Positions 20,786 to 30,000 of a stretch of DNA of 64,000 bases are shown here, one piece after another (within the stretch, counting starts at the first letter, position 1; each line of letters starts with the position of its first letter). A program made the translations under genes and the position numbers. This DNA is from a virus: the IMG/VR virus record IMGVR_UViG_3300031774_000001; one strand, given 5' to 3'. The notes under the pieces are model-generated. The model was not told where the DNA came from, ran no database searches, and saw only the letters and a list, made by a program, of their open reading frames with translations.

Positions 20786-21536
20786 AGAATTTTTTGACTA
20801 TACAAAAAGCCTTCCCTTCAAAGATATAACTCATTTTTGGGATATACCTTATAAGCAAATATTAGAAGAAGTAAAACTAGTTGATGAAAAACATTGGAGT
20901 AGACCTTTTAATGTTGATAATAATAAGGTAAAGGAATTAGGACTAGACGATAAATCAAGTCTTAATCATTATCCTGGATGGGATGGAAAGTTAATAGAAG
21001 CACACGGTTGGAAAACTTTATGTATGCTAAATGAAACAGGAGATAGTACGGATCAAATTTATAATTTTCCACCTGTATTTAATACAGCAAATGATTATAA
21101 AAAAGGTTTAAAAGATTTTAAAGTTGAAAGATACTGGACAAATGCTGCTGAATTTTGTCCTACACTAGTTAAATTTTTTAAAGAAGTAGTATCAAAGTAT
21201 ATGCAATTTGTTCAAATATCTGTAACCAGATTAGATGGTGGTGGAGTTATTACTGAACACAATGATATACCAATTGATAGTAGAAATCTATTAGAAAGTA
21301 AACATATGCATATGTATGATATGCTGAATACTTTTAACCTATGTTTAAATCACGTTGATGGTTGTTATGGGGTATTTGATAATAAGGTTATACCTGCTTA
21401 TGAGGGTTGTTTAAGATGGACAAATATAGGTAAGCAACATTGGGTATTAAATATGAATAGACAGCCACAATATCAAATTATATGGAATGGAATTTATAAA
21501 AAAAGTTTTAGACGACTTGTAGAGGAGAATAAATAG
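20769..21536 (+). CDS. AspH-like Fe(II)/2OG hydroxylase
   Basis: WKTLC, WT..AEFCP, GGVITEHND, HWVLN. Confidence 0.7.
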   Translation: MRTANKEFFDYTKSLPFKDITHFWDIPYKQILEEVKLVDEKHWSRPFNVDNNKVKELGLDDKSSLNHYPGWDGKLIEAHGWKTLCMLNETGDSTDQIYNFPPVFNTANDYKKGLKDFKVERYWTNAAEFCPTLVKFFKEVVSKYMQFVQISVTRLDGGGVITEHNDIPIDSRNLLESKHMHMYDMLNTFNLCLNHVDGCYGVFDNKVIPAYEGCLRWTNIGKQHWVLNMNRQPQYQIIWNGIYKKSFRRLVEENK

Positions 21537-21540
21537 TAGT

Positions 21541-22239
21541 ATGGCGATTATAGACAAACACAAAGGTGTAAAAATAGACAAAGCATTTTCAGATAGACAC
21601 GTGGAGATGTTTGCTTTCTTTGATAAGCACGGTATAGATGTTGAAGTTAATGATAACTTCAAAGATTTTCAACATTTTTTAACTCATTTAACAGCAGACA
21701 ATTATCCTTATAGATATGATGAATTTTTTAATGCAAGTAATTTAGTTGGCAATGATACTGCTTATGCATTATATTTAAAGAAAGATGATAAAATTATAGC
21801 TACATATGCTGCTAAAGAATTAGAGTTTTCATCTTTTTTTGGTGATATTAGAGAATTTGCAGGTGGACGTTTTGATAAAGTTACAGAAGATTTAAATGAA
21901 AATAGTTTTAGCAAATTAGGGACTTGTATGTATAGTTCTTGTCAATGGGTAGATACAGAATATAGAGGCAAACGTTTTGGTATGATATTAGACCATTTAA
22001 AGAAAAATATATGTTTTGATATTTTTGAAGCTGATATGAATTATGCAATTCATAAAGAACAATTTGCTGATTATCATATAAAAGGATTGCATTATGATGA
22101 AAGTAAATGGTTAGCAACTGTAGAAAAAGGTGATGTAGGTGGTGCAGGTGAAAAGAAAGATAAAGTTTACCATTTAACTTGGGTTACAAAAGAATCTTGG
22201 GCGAATAAATTAAATGATGTTAGAAAGTTATATATTTAA
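21541..22239 (+). CDS. GNAT-fold acyltransferase-like protein
   Basis: IIATYA, WVDTEYRGKRFG motif A. Confidence 0.55.
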   Translation: MAIIDKHKGVKIDKAFSDRHVEMFAFFDKHGIDVEVNDNFKDFQHFLTHLTADNYPYRYDEFFNASNLVGNDTAYALYLKKDDKIIATYAAKELEFSSFFGDIREFAGGRFDKVTEDLNENSFSKLGTCMYSSCQWVDTEYRGKRFGMILDHLKKNICFDIFEADMNYAIHKEQFADYHIKGLHYDESKWLATVEKGDVGGAGEKKDKVYHLTWVTKESWANKLNDVRKLYI

Positions 22240-22771
22240 ACCATCAGAATTACCACAACAATATCGTATTCAAATTAACGACATTATAAAAGATGTTGTT
22301 GAAAGTAAAACAGACCAATACTGGAAAAATTATACAAAGTTTAATCTTGATGAGCAAACTGCTATATCTATAAATTGTGATGGAGATGATGTAAAGGTTA
22401 TATCATCAATATATCATAGAAATTTTTATGGAAAAGATGTCTATAGATTAATGAATAGGAGTTTGTATTCTAAAGATTATAGAGAAACTGGTGGTTCTAA
22501 AATGAGAAATGGTGAACATACTGCCCACCCAATGATAGCACAACAGATAAATTTTGTTGAAGACCTTAAACCTAAATTCTATTTCATAAGCAGACAAAGA
22601 ACAAATACTAGATGGTTAAAGTATTATTTTGATACTTTTAATAAGGAGTATAATAGGAATTTGGTTGTTAGCGACCAGCAGTATTGGGTTTGTGATGGTA
22701 GTAAAGAGGGTTGCTTACAGACAATTATCTACCCAAAAGATATGGAAGTACCTTTGAAATCTTATAAATAG
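22214..22771 (+). CDS. Hypothetical protein, possibly GNAT fold
   Basis: VKVISSI..RLMNRSLYSKDYR weakly resembles the GNAT beta4 region. Confidence 0.45.
   Translation: MMLESYIFKPSELPQQYRIQINDIIKDVVESKTDQYWKNYTKFNLDEQTAISINCDGDDVKVISSIYHRNFYGKDVYRLMNRSLYSKDYRETGGSKMRNGEHTAHPMIAQQINFVEDLKPKFYFISRQRTNTRWLKYYFDTFNKEYNRNLVVSDQQYWVCDGSKEGCLQTIIYPKDMEVPLKSYK
22763..22770 (+). promoter_or_regulatory. Late promoter TATAAATA
   Basis: Exact consensus at the island/fibre-module boundary. Confidence 0.8.
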
Positions 22772-22801
22772 TATTATGAATAAATTAAATGGAGATATTG
22801 T

Positions 22802-23005
22802 ATGATAACAATTGACGGAAAAGAGTATGATGAACAAAAGTTTAGTCCTGAATTACAAAATTACATAGCAGTAAGACAAGAAATTCAAGTAAGCAAGACT
22901 AGACATTTAATTGAGATTGAAAAAATAGATGTTTTAACCAAGCATTATAACGAAAAAATAGTCAAGTTGATTAAAAAAGAAGTACCAGAATCCGAGAAAA
23001 AATAA
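22802..23005 (+). CDS. Small coiled-coil phage protein
   Basis: MITIDGKEYD N-terminus; SD GGAG at 22791. Confidence 0.7.
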   Translation: MITIDGKEYDEQKFSPELQNYIAVRQEIQVSKTRHLIEIEKIDVLTKHYNEKIVKLIKKEVPESEKK

Positions 23006-23341
23006 ATGGCAGCTATAGCTAACCTAACGATAGACCAAGGCGCAACCTTTACTTCCGACGTAACTGTAAAGGACGCTAATGCTCAACCGTTTGACCTAAC
23101 TGGTTATACGGCACAAGCTAAGATGGCAAAGGGCTTTGCTTCCACACGAACAAGGACGACAATCACCACTACATTACCAAGTAATCCTGCTACAGGCACG
23201 GTTACCTTATCATTAACGTCTGCTCAAACAGCAGCTCTTGACGCTGAAAGATATGTTTACGACCTTGAAATAACAAAGGGTTCAGAAGTAACCCGAGTTA
23301 TTGAAGGATTAATTACTGTAAGACCTCAAGTTACTACTTAA
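23006..23341 (+). CDS. Small virion structural protein (Ig/BppU-like)
   Basis: ANLTIDQGATF..DLTGYTA..YVYDLEI..RVIEG pattern. Confidence 0.65.
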   Translation: MAAIANLTIDQGATFTSDVTVKDANAQPFDLTGYTAQAKMAKGFASTRTRTTITTTLPSNPATGTVTLSLTSAQTAALDAERYVYDLEITKGSEVTRVIEGLITVRPQVTT

Positions 23342-23357
23342 ATCAACTTCTCTTTGT

Positions 23358-23365
23358 TATAAATA
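23358..23365 (+). promoter_or_regulatory. Late promoter TATAAATA
   Basis: Exact consensus, intergenic. Confidence 0.8.
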
Positions 23366-23385
23366 TAAGATAAAAGGGAGAGAGA

Positions 23386-23634
23386 ATGCCTGATATTACA
23401 GCAAAAATAAACGTAAATACACAATCTGGTCCACAAGCCGTTTCGGTAACTTTACCATCAGGTCAGGCCGCTCAAAACACCCAATTAAAATTAGCTTTAT
23501 TAGGAGATGTTGATACTACAACTTTAGAAGATGGTTCAATGATTCAATATAGAGCAAGCGATGGCAAATTTGTAACACGAACAGAAATAGTTACAACAAC
23601 AGGTACACTATTATTTAACTGTGGGAGTTTTTAA
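23386..23634 (+). CDS. Small fibre-associated protein
   Basis: LGDVDTTTLEDGSMIQY fibre motif; C-terminal CGSF resembles DGGTF of the next gene. Confidence 0.6.
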   Translation: MPDITAKINVNTQSGPQAVSVTLPSGQAAQNTQLKLALLGDVDTTTLEDGSMIQYRASDGKFVTRTEIVTTTGTLLFNCGSF

Positions 23635-23644
23635 AAAATAGCAT

Positions 23645-25360
23645 ATGGCAACAGTAATACAGATAAAAAGAAGTTCAGCAACATCAGCACCAGCAACATT
23701 AAAATTAGGTGAATTAGCATATACTTATGGAACAGGTTCTCAAGCAAACCTAGGAGATAGAATCTTTATAGGGGAAGGTGGAGTTGACGGTAACGGTGAC
23801 GCAAATAATATTTCAGTAATTGGAGGTCAGTATTTTACAGATATGTTAGACCACGTTGCTGGTACATTAACAGCAAGTGGTGCTGTTTTAGTAGATTCAA
23901 ATAAAGCAATAGACGAATTCATTGTAGGTAATAATGCGAGTGCAGGCGGACAAGTAAAATTTAATGAAGCAACAAATAACGGTTCATCATTTATAGGTCT
24001 TAAAGCACCTAACAACGTAACTACAACAACAACATTTACATTACCAGACGGAGATGGTTCTGCTGGTCAGTTTATGAAAACTGACGGTGGTGGAAATTTA
24101 TCTTTCTCAACTGTTAATCAATTTATAGATTTAGCAGGTGATACTGGAACAGATACTTACAATACTGCTGAAACATTAACTTTTGCAGGTGGTTCAGGAA
24201 TGAATACAGTTGTAACTGATAACAATGTAGAAATTCAAGCAACAGCATTAACAAATGCTAACTTATCTGGTACTGCCGCTATTTCAAATGCTAATTTAGA
24301 AAATCCAGCAACAACATTAGGATCATCTACATTAACTTTAGGTGCAACAGAAACAGATTTAGCAGGATTAACTTCTTTAGTAATTGATGACATTACAATT
24401 AACGGTCAAGCAATTACAACAACAGCTGCTAATAAAGATATTCATATGACGCCACACGGAACAGGTACAATTATAGTACCAAGTGGTTATGAAGATAGAG
24501 CAGGATTTCAAAATCAATCACTTGCTAACAAAGCATACGTTGACCAAGTTGCTCAAGGGTTAGATACTAAACCATCTTGTAGAGTTGGTACAACTGCTGA
24601 CTTATCAGCAACTTATAACAACGGTACTGCTGGTGTTGGTGCAACTTTAACTGCTACATCAAACGGTGCATTATCACTTGATGGAATAACAACAAGTGTT
24701 GCAGATAGAGTTTTAGTTAAAAATCAAACTACTGCTTCTGAAAACGGTATATACGTAGTTACAACTGTTGGTGATGGATCAACTGCTTTTGTATTAACAA
24801 GAGCAACTCCAGAAGACCAACCAGCAGAATTATCTGGTGGTGCTTTCGTATTCGTTGAAGAAGGAAGTTTAAATGCAAATAACGGTTATACATTTACACA
24901 CACAGGTGCTCCAACATTTGGAACAACTGATTTAGATGTAGCACAATTTTCTGGTGCAGGTCAAATTACTGCAGGTGCAGGATTAGTTAAAGACGGTAAT
25001 ACAATAGATACAAATCCTGACAATAGTTCAATTGAAGTTGCAGGTGACCAATTAAGAGTTAAAGCATTAGGTATACAAGATTCTATGATTGCAAACAATA
25101 CAATCACAACTTCAAAAATATCTAATCCTGTAATATATTTTAAAGATGAAACTTCAACACAAGGTCAAGTATCTTTAGAAGGAACTTTAGAATTTATGGC
25201 AGGTGAGGGAATCAATACTATTGCAAATGGAAATAAATTACAAATTGTTGGTGAATTAGCAAGTACATCAAACATTGGTGTTGCTTCTTTTTCTTCTGAC
25301 AACTTTACAGTTACATCAGGTGATGTGGAAGTTTCAATAGTTGACGGAGGAACTTTCTAA
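23645..25360 (+). CDS. Tail fibre protein
   Basis: MATVIQIKRS..GELAY N-terminus; NKAYVD, DRVLVKNQT..ENGIYVV; DGGTF C-terminus. Confidence 0.8.
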   Translation: MATVIQIKRSSATSAPATLKLGELAYTYGTGSQANLGDRIFIGEGGVDGNGDANNISVIGGQYFTDMLDHVAGTLTASGAVLVDSNKAIDEFIVGNNASAGGQVKFNEATNNGSSFIGLKAPNNVTTTTTFTLPDGDGSAGQFMKTDGGGNLSFSTVNQFIDLAGDTGTDTYNTAETLTFAGGSGMNTVVTDNNVEIQATALTNANLSGTAAISNANLENPATTLGSSTLTLGATETDLAGLTSLVIDDITINGQAITTTAANKDIHMTPHGTGTIIVPSGYEDRAGFQNQSLANKAYVDQVAQGLDTKPSCRVGTTADLSATYNNGTAGVGATLTATSNGALSLDGITTSVADRVLVKNQTTASENGIYVVTTVGDGSTAFVLTRATPEDQPAELSGGAFVFVEEGSLNANNGYTFTHTGAPTFGTTDLDVAQFSGAGQITAGAGLVKDGNTIDTNPDNSSIEVAGDQLRVKALGIQDSMIANNTITTSKISNPVIYFKDETSTQGQVSLEGTLEFMAGEGINTIANGNKLQIVGELASTSNIGVASFSSDNFTVTSGDVEVSIVDGGTF

Positions 25361-25581
25361 TGTTTGGTTGGATCAAAAGATTAATTAATAAAACAGTTAG
25401 TTCTTACGACCCAGTTAAAACAAAGACTACTGTAGTTACAGTTAAAGATTTAAAATCTAAAACTAAAAAAGAATTAGAGAAAATTGGTAGAAAAATAGGA
25501 ATTGAATTAGATAGACGATTAACAAAATCAAAACTAATTAACAAAATTAAATTTAGAGCTAGAATAAACAGGAAAAAATAA
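25360..25581 (+). CDS. Small basic protein with Rho-N/HeH-like helical motif
   Basis: TKKELEKIGRKIGIELDRRLTKSKLI. Confidence 0.6.
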   Translation: MFGWIKRLINKTVSSYDPVKTKTTVVTVKDLKSKTKKELEKIGRKIGIELDRRLTKSKLINKIKFRARINRKK

Positions 25582-25961
25582 TGGCAACAAAAATTAAACC
25601 ATATCGTTCAGAAGTAGCAACTCGTATTCCATCAGCAAGTAATATGGATATCGGTGAGTTGGCAATGAATATTCAAGATGGTAAGTTCTATACAAAAACA
25701 TCTGTTGGACAAATTAAAGAGTTAGGTGGTGCAGGATCAATTACTTTGCAAGACGTAACTGCTAACGGTTCAATTACAGATAGAACAATCACTATGAACG
25801 GTGCAAATTTTATTTTTGAAGGTAATTTAGAAGACGCTTTTGAAACTACTTTAACAATAGATGAACCAACAGCAGACAATCAATTAAAATTACCTAACGC
25901 TTCAGGTACTCTTGGTACGCAAGATGACGCTTTAGCATATTCTGTAGTATTTGGTTCGTAG
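25581..25961 (+). CDS. Fibre-associated structural protein
   Basis: GELAMNIQDGKFY, FEG..DAFETTL..PTADNQLKLPNASGT fibre motifs. Confidence 0.65.
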   Translation: MATKIKPYRSEVATRIPSASNMDIGELAMNIQDGKFYTKTSVGQIKELGGAGSITLQDVTANGSITDRTITMNGANFIFEGNLEDAFETTLTIDEPTADNQLKLPNASGTLGTQDDALAYSVVFGS

Positions 25962-25969
25962 GATAAATT

Positions 25970-26341
25970 ATGGCAAGTATATTTAAGAATTCAGGAATAA
26001 CAGTTCCAGTAGTAGATGATTCAACAGGTGATATGTACCAAGCTTCTAATACTGAAAAAGCAGTAATTCACGCATTATTCATTTCAAATAGAAGTGAATA
26101 TAGTATAGCAAGAGTTAATGTAAAAGTTACAATAGATGGTGCAAAAAATACAAATACTAATCCAACAAATTTTGTATTTGTTGCTAAAAATTTAGAGGTT
26201 CCTGTGGGTAACACATTGACACTAGATAAACCGATAAATTTAGAAAACAATGATATATTAAGAGTAACTGCTGAACCTTCTCCTGATTCAACTTCTGTTG
26301 ATGTGGAGGCGTTTGCTAGTATTTTGGCAATGACAGAATAG
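25970..26341 (+). CDS. Putative structural protein
   Basis: Beta-rich, KPINLENNDIL motif; within the fibre cluster. Confidence 0.55.
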   Translation: MASIFKNSGITVPVVDDSTGDMYQASNTEKAVIHALFISNRSEYSIARVNVKVTIDGAKNTNTNPTNFVFVAKNLEVPVGNTLTLDKPINLENNDILRVTAEPSPDSTSVDVEAFASILAMTE

Positions 26342-26382
26342 AAAAAATGAGAAAAATAAATATTAAAAATTAGAGAGAATCA

Positions 26383-27009
26383 ATGGCTTATTTAGTACCA
26401 GGAACAACAGGAATAAAATACTTAAAACAATTCAATGGAATAAGACGTACAAAGGAAGGTATGTTATACCTAACTTCTGTAAATCCTAACCAAAGCAATG
26501 ACGCAATTGAAGTATCAAAATATTTTGAAGATGGAAAATCAGATGCTGTTGGAAGAGACCAAACAGATTACGTTGAAGAAAGATTAGAAATGTTAAATGT
26601 TCAATATTTCACAGGTGATGGTTCAACTAAAGCATTTACTATCTCAAATCCAGTATTAAACGAAACAAGACTAGCATTATTTTTAGATGGTGTTAAACAA
26701 CAACCTTATTCAGACTGGTCTTTATCAAATGGTAATCAGATAAATTTCGTACTAATTCCTAGTGCTAGTGCTAGTATTGTGGTTGGTGTAGTTAAGAGAA
26801 GATACTACAATAATGACAGCGATAAGTTTCAACAAATTAATTATTCAGACGATACTACAACTAGTTTTCTTATAAATAGTACTAGTGGAGATTTAGTTAA
26901 AAGAAGTAAAAAGGGAGTTACAAGGTCAGCAGAAACAACAGACGACTTTGAAACTTTTGAAAGCACAACGGCAAGTGTAGCTACAACAACATACCAAAGT
27001 GCTGTTTAA
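26383..27009 (+). CDS. Putative structural protein
   Basis: FTGDGSTKAFT..LDGVKQQP domain common in T4-like virion proteins. Confidence 0.6.
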   Translation: MAYLVPGTTGIKYLKQFNGIRRTKEGMLYLTSVNPNQSNDAIEVSKYFEDGKSDAVGRDQTDYVEERLEMLNVQYFTGDGSTKAFTISNPVLNETRLALFLDGVKQQPYSDWSLSNGNQINFVLIPSASASIVVGVVKRRYYNNDSDKFQQINYSDDTTTSFLINSTSGDLVKRSKKGVTRSAETTDDFETFESTTASVATTTYQSAV

Positions 27010-27013
27010 AATG

Positions 27014-27021
27014 TATAAATA
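27014..27021 (+). promoter_or_regulatory. Late promoter TATAAATA
   Basis: Exact consensus before the large fibre gene; a second copy lies at 26871-26878. Confidence 0.8.
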
Positions 27022-27040
27022 TTAGGGAAAAAGAGAGAAA

Positions 27041-30000
27041 ATGGCAGATTTCAAACTAGGACGAATAAAATTTAAATGGAGAGGTGATTGGCAAGCAAGC
27101 ACCACTTACTCACTTGATGATATAGCAAAATATGGTGGTAATACTTATGTGTGTATTCAAAACCACGTATCACCAGCAGCCGAAACAGATTTTTATACAA
27201 GTCCTGGAACATATACAGATTACTGGCAAGTACACGGCGAATCAGTTTATTTCAAAGGTGCTTATGCCAATGCAACTTGGTACAAATTAAACGACCTAGT
27301 TAGTTATGGTGGTAAACAGTACCGTTGTACAACAGCTCACACATCAGCAAGTTTAGTTTTAGACTCTGCAAAATTTGAACAATTTGTAGATAGTATTAAC
27401 TTTACAGGTGATTATGCTTCTTCAACTCAATACAAATTAAATGATATAGTTAAATACGGTGGAAGACAATATAGATGTACAACTGAATACACATCAGCAG
27501 CTGGTGGTGATCCAAATATAGACTTAACAAAATTTACTTTATTTAGTGAAGGTTTAGCATTTAAAGGCGACTTTCAAGTTAACACATTTTACAAATTAGA
27601 TGACGTTGTAAAATTTGGTTCATACCAATATAGATGTACAACTGCTCATACTTCAGGTGCCAATCAATCAGATTTCGCTCAAGCAAACTTTTCTGTTTAT
27701 TCAGAAGGTTTACAATTTGAAGATTCTTATAATGCTTCAACTCTTTACTCAAAAGGAGATGTAGTAACTTATGGTGGATATTCTTATGCATATATTAATG
27801 CTGAAGAATCTACAGGACAAACTCCTGCCGACAATTCTTATTGGGATGTAATAACAACAGGTTTCAATGCAACTGGACTTTATGTCCACGGAACATTATA
27901 CAAAACTGGTGATACAGTTCAGTATGGTGGTAATTCTTATGTCTGTATATTAGACGCACAAAATCAAAGACCATCACAAGCAAGTGGTGCTGTTAATTCA
28001 ACTTATTGGAAAGGTGTTGTAGAAGGATTTAAATGGCAAGGTAACTATAGTGCTGTTACAACATACACTATTGGCGATACAGTAAGATTTGCTTCAAACT
28101 CATATGTTAATTTAAAAGACCAAGTTCTAAATGTAGAACCAGGATCAGACGCAACTACTTGGCAAGCAATTGCTCAAGGAGATACTGCTGCTGTAATGAC
28201 ATCAATCGGAGATATGATTGTTCAAGATGGTGGTGGTGTTGCAAGATTACCTCTCGGACTTCCAGGTGGTGTATTAACTAATGATGGAGATGATATTTTA
28301 TGGAGTGGAATTTCAGGTAAAAACGTTTTATGGGTTGCTCCTTCAGGAACAGACGGTGGACCAGGAACAGAAGCATTGCCTTATAAAACATTGGCGTATG
28401 CTTGTACACACGCAAAATCAAATTCAATTAGAGAATATGAAAATGTAACTGGTGGTACAGGTGGAACACAAAATTTATATGATGAAGTTCAAGGGTATGC
28501 TTCAAAAGAATTAACAATTACAGCAACTCCTAGTACAACAACACTAGAAATTCAATTAGGAACATCAGCATATGCACACACATATGTTAGTGGTGGTACA
28601 ATTAGAAAAGCAAACGACACTACATTAGCAGTATCAAACGGTGTTTATAATCATAGTACAGGAATTATAACACTTACAACTACAACACACTCATTATCAA
28701 CAGGTGATAAAATTAGAGTATGGGGATTAAATTATACTTGCGCTAAAGGTGCAAAAACTTATCCAGAAGTTGGAAGTCCTTCACTTTATAGAGTTAATAC
28801 AAGTGGCGGAGTTTTAAAAATAGACATTGTTAACGGCGGTGCTAAACACAATGTAGGTGATAAAATTAGAATTGATGGTGCAGATATCGGTGGTGCAACT
28901 GCCTTAAATTTTGATGTTAAGAGTGTTGCAGGAGATATAATCAGAATTAAAAACGGTACTTTTAAAGAAAAATTACCAATGGTAGTACAAGAAAACGTTT
29001 CTGTAGTTGGTGAATCTTTAAGAAATACAATAATAATGCCAGCAAGTGGAACTGGTTCTCAAATTAAAACAATAGAATTAACTAATAACGTAAATAGTGC
29101 TACTAACGGACAATACAAATATTTACACCCGAAGAAAGTAGAAAAACCTTATACAGTTCAAACTGTAGATAACGCAACTACATTTACAATTGATGTTGGT
29201 ACAGACGCTAGAGCTCACACATATGTTGATGGTGGAACAGTTACAAAATCCGACTATGCTTCTTTAGATATAACTAACGCTGTTTACAATAATGGCACAG
29301 GAATTATTACAATAACAACTGCTTCAGCACATAGTTTATCAGCAAGTGATGTTGTTAAAATAGCAAATATAAAATATCATTGTAAAGATGGTGAAAAGAT
29401 TTATCCAAAAGTTGGAACTGGTTCAGTATGGAGTGTAGTTGTAAAAGGTGGAATTGCAGAAGAAATTATAACATACCACGGTGGTGCAGGTTATCACGTT
29501 GGTGAAGTAATTACATTAGCAGCTGCTGATGTTGGTAACGGTGGCGACTTAACATTTACAGTTAAATCTTTAGAAGATAACAACGCTTCAAATATGTTCT
29601 TATTAAATGATAGGAACAATATGAGAAATATGACTTTCGTAGGTCTTTCTGGACAAAAACGTTCTGGAGGATTATACAAAGTAACACAGGTTGGTTCAAC
29701 AACTCAATTTGTAGTTTCTTTAGGAACTTCACAATACGCTCACACTTATATTAGTGGCGGTGGAGTAATAAAAGTTGGCGCAGAAGGAACTAGATTCACT
29801 CTTGCTAACGCTAGTTATGCACACTCAAATGGTGATATGACAATAACTACAAACGAAGTAAACGGTTTAACAGTTGGTGATTATGTAACTCTTGGAAAAA
29901 TGAAATTTACTTGCGAATTAGGTGAGAAAATATATCCAAGTGGTCCAATACAACAAGCGATTATGTCTTTAGACCCAGCAGGAAATATTAAAAACAAATC

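Noticed and set aside
10774-22771. RiPP cluster interpretation of the island
   Set aside because: No precursor peptide, RRE domain, protease or transporter visible; not excluded if a precursor lies elsewhere
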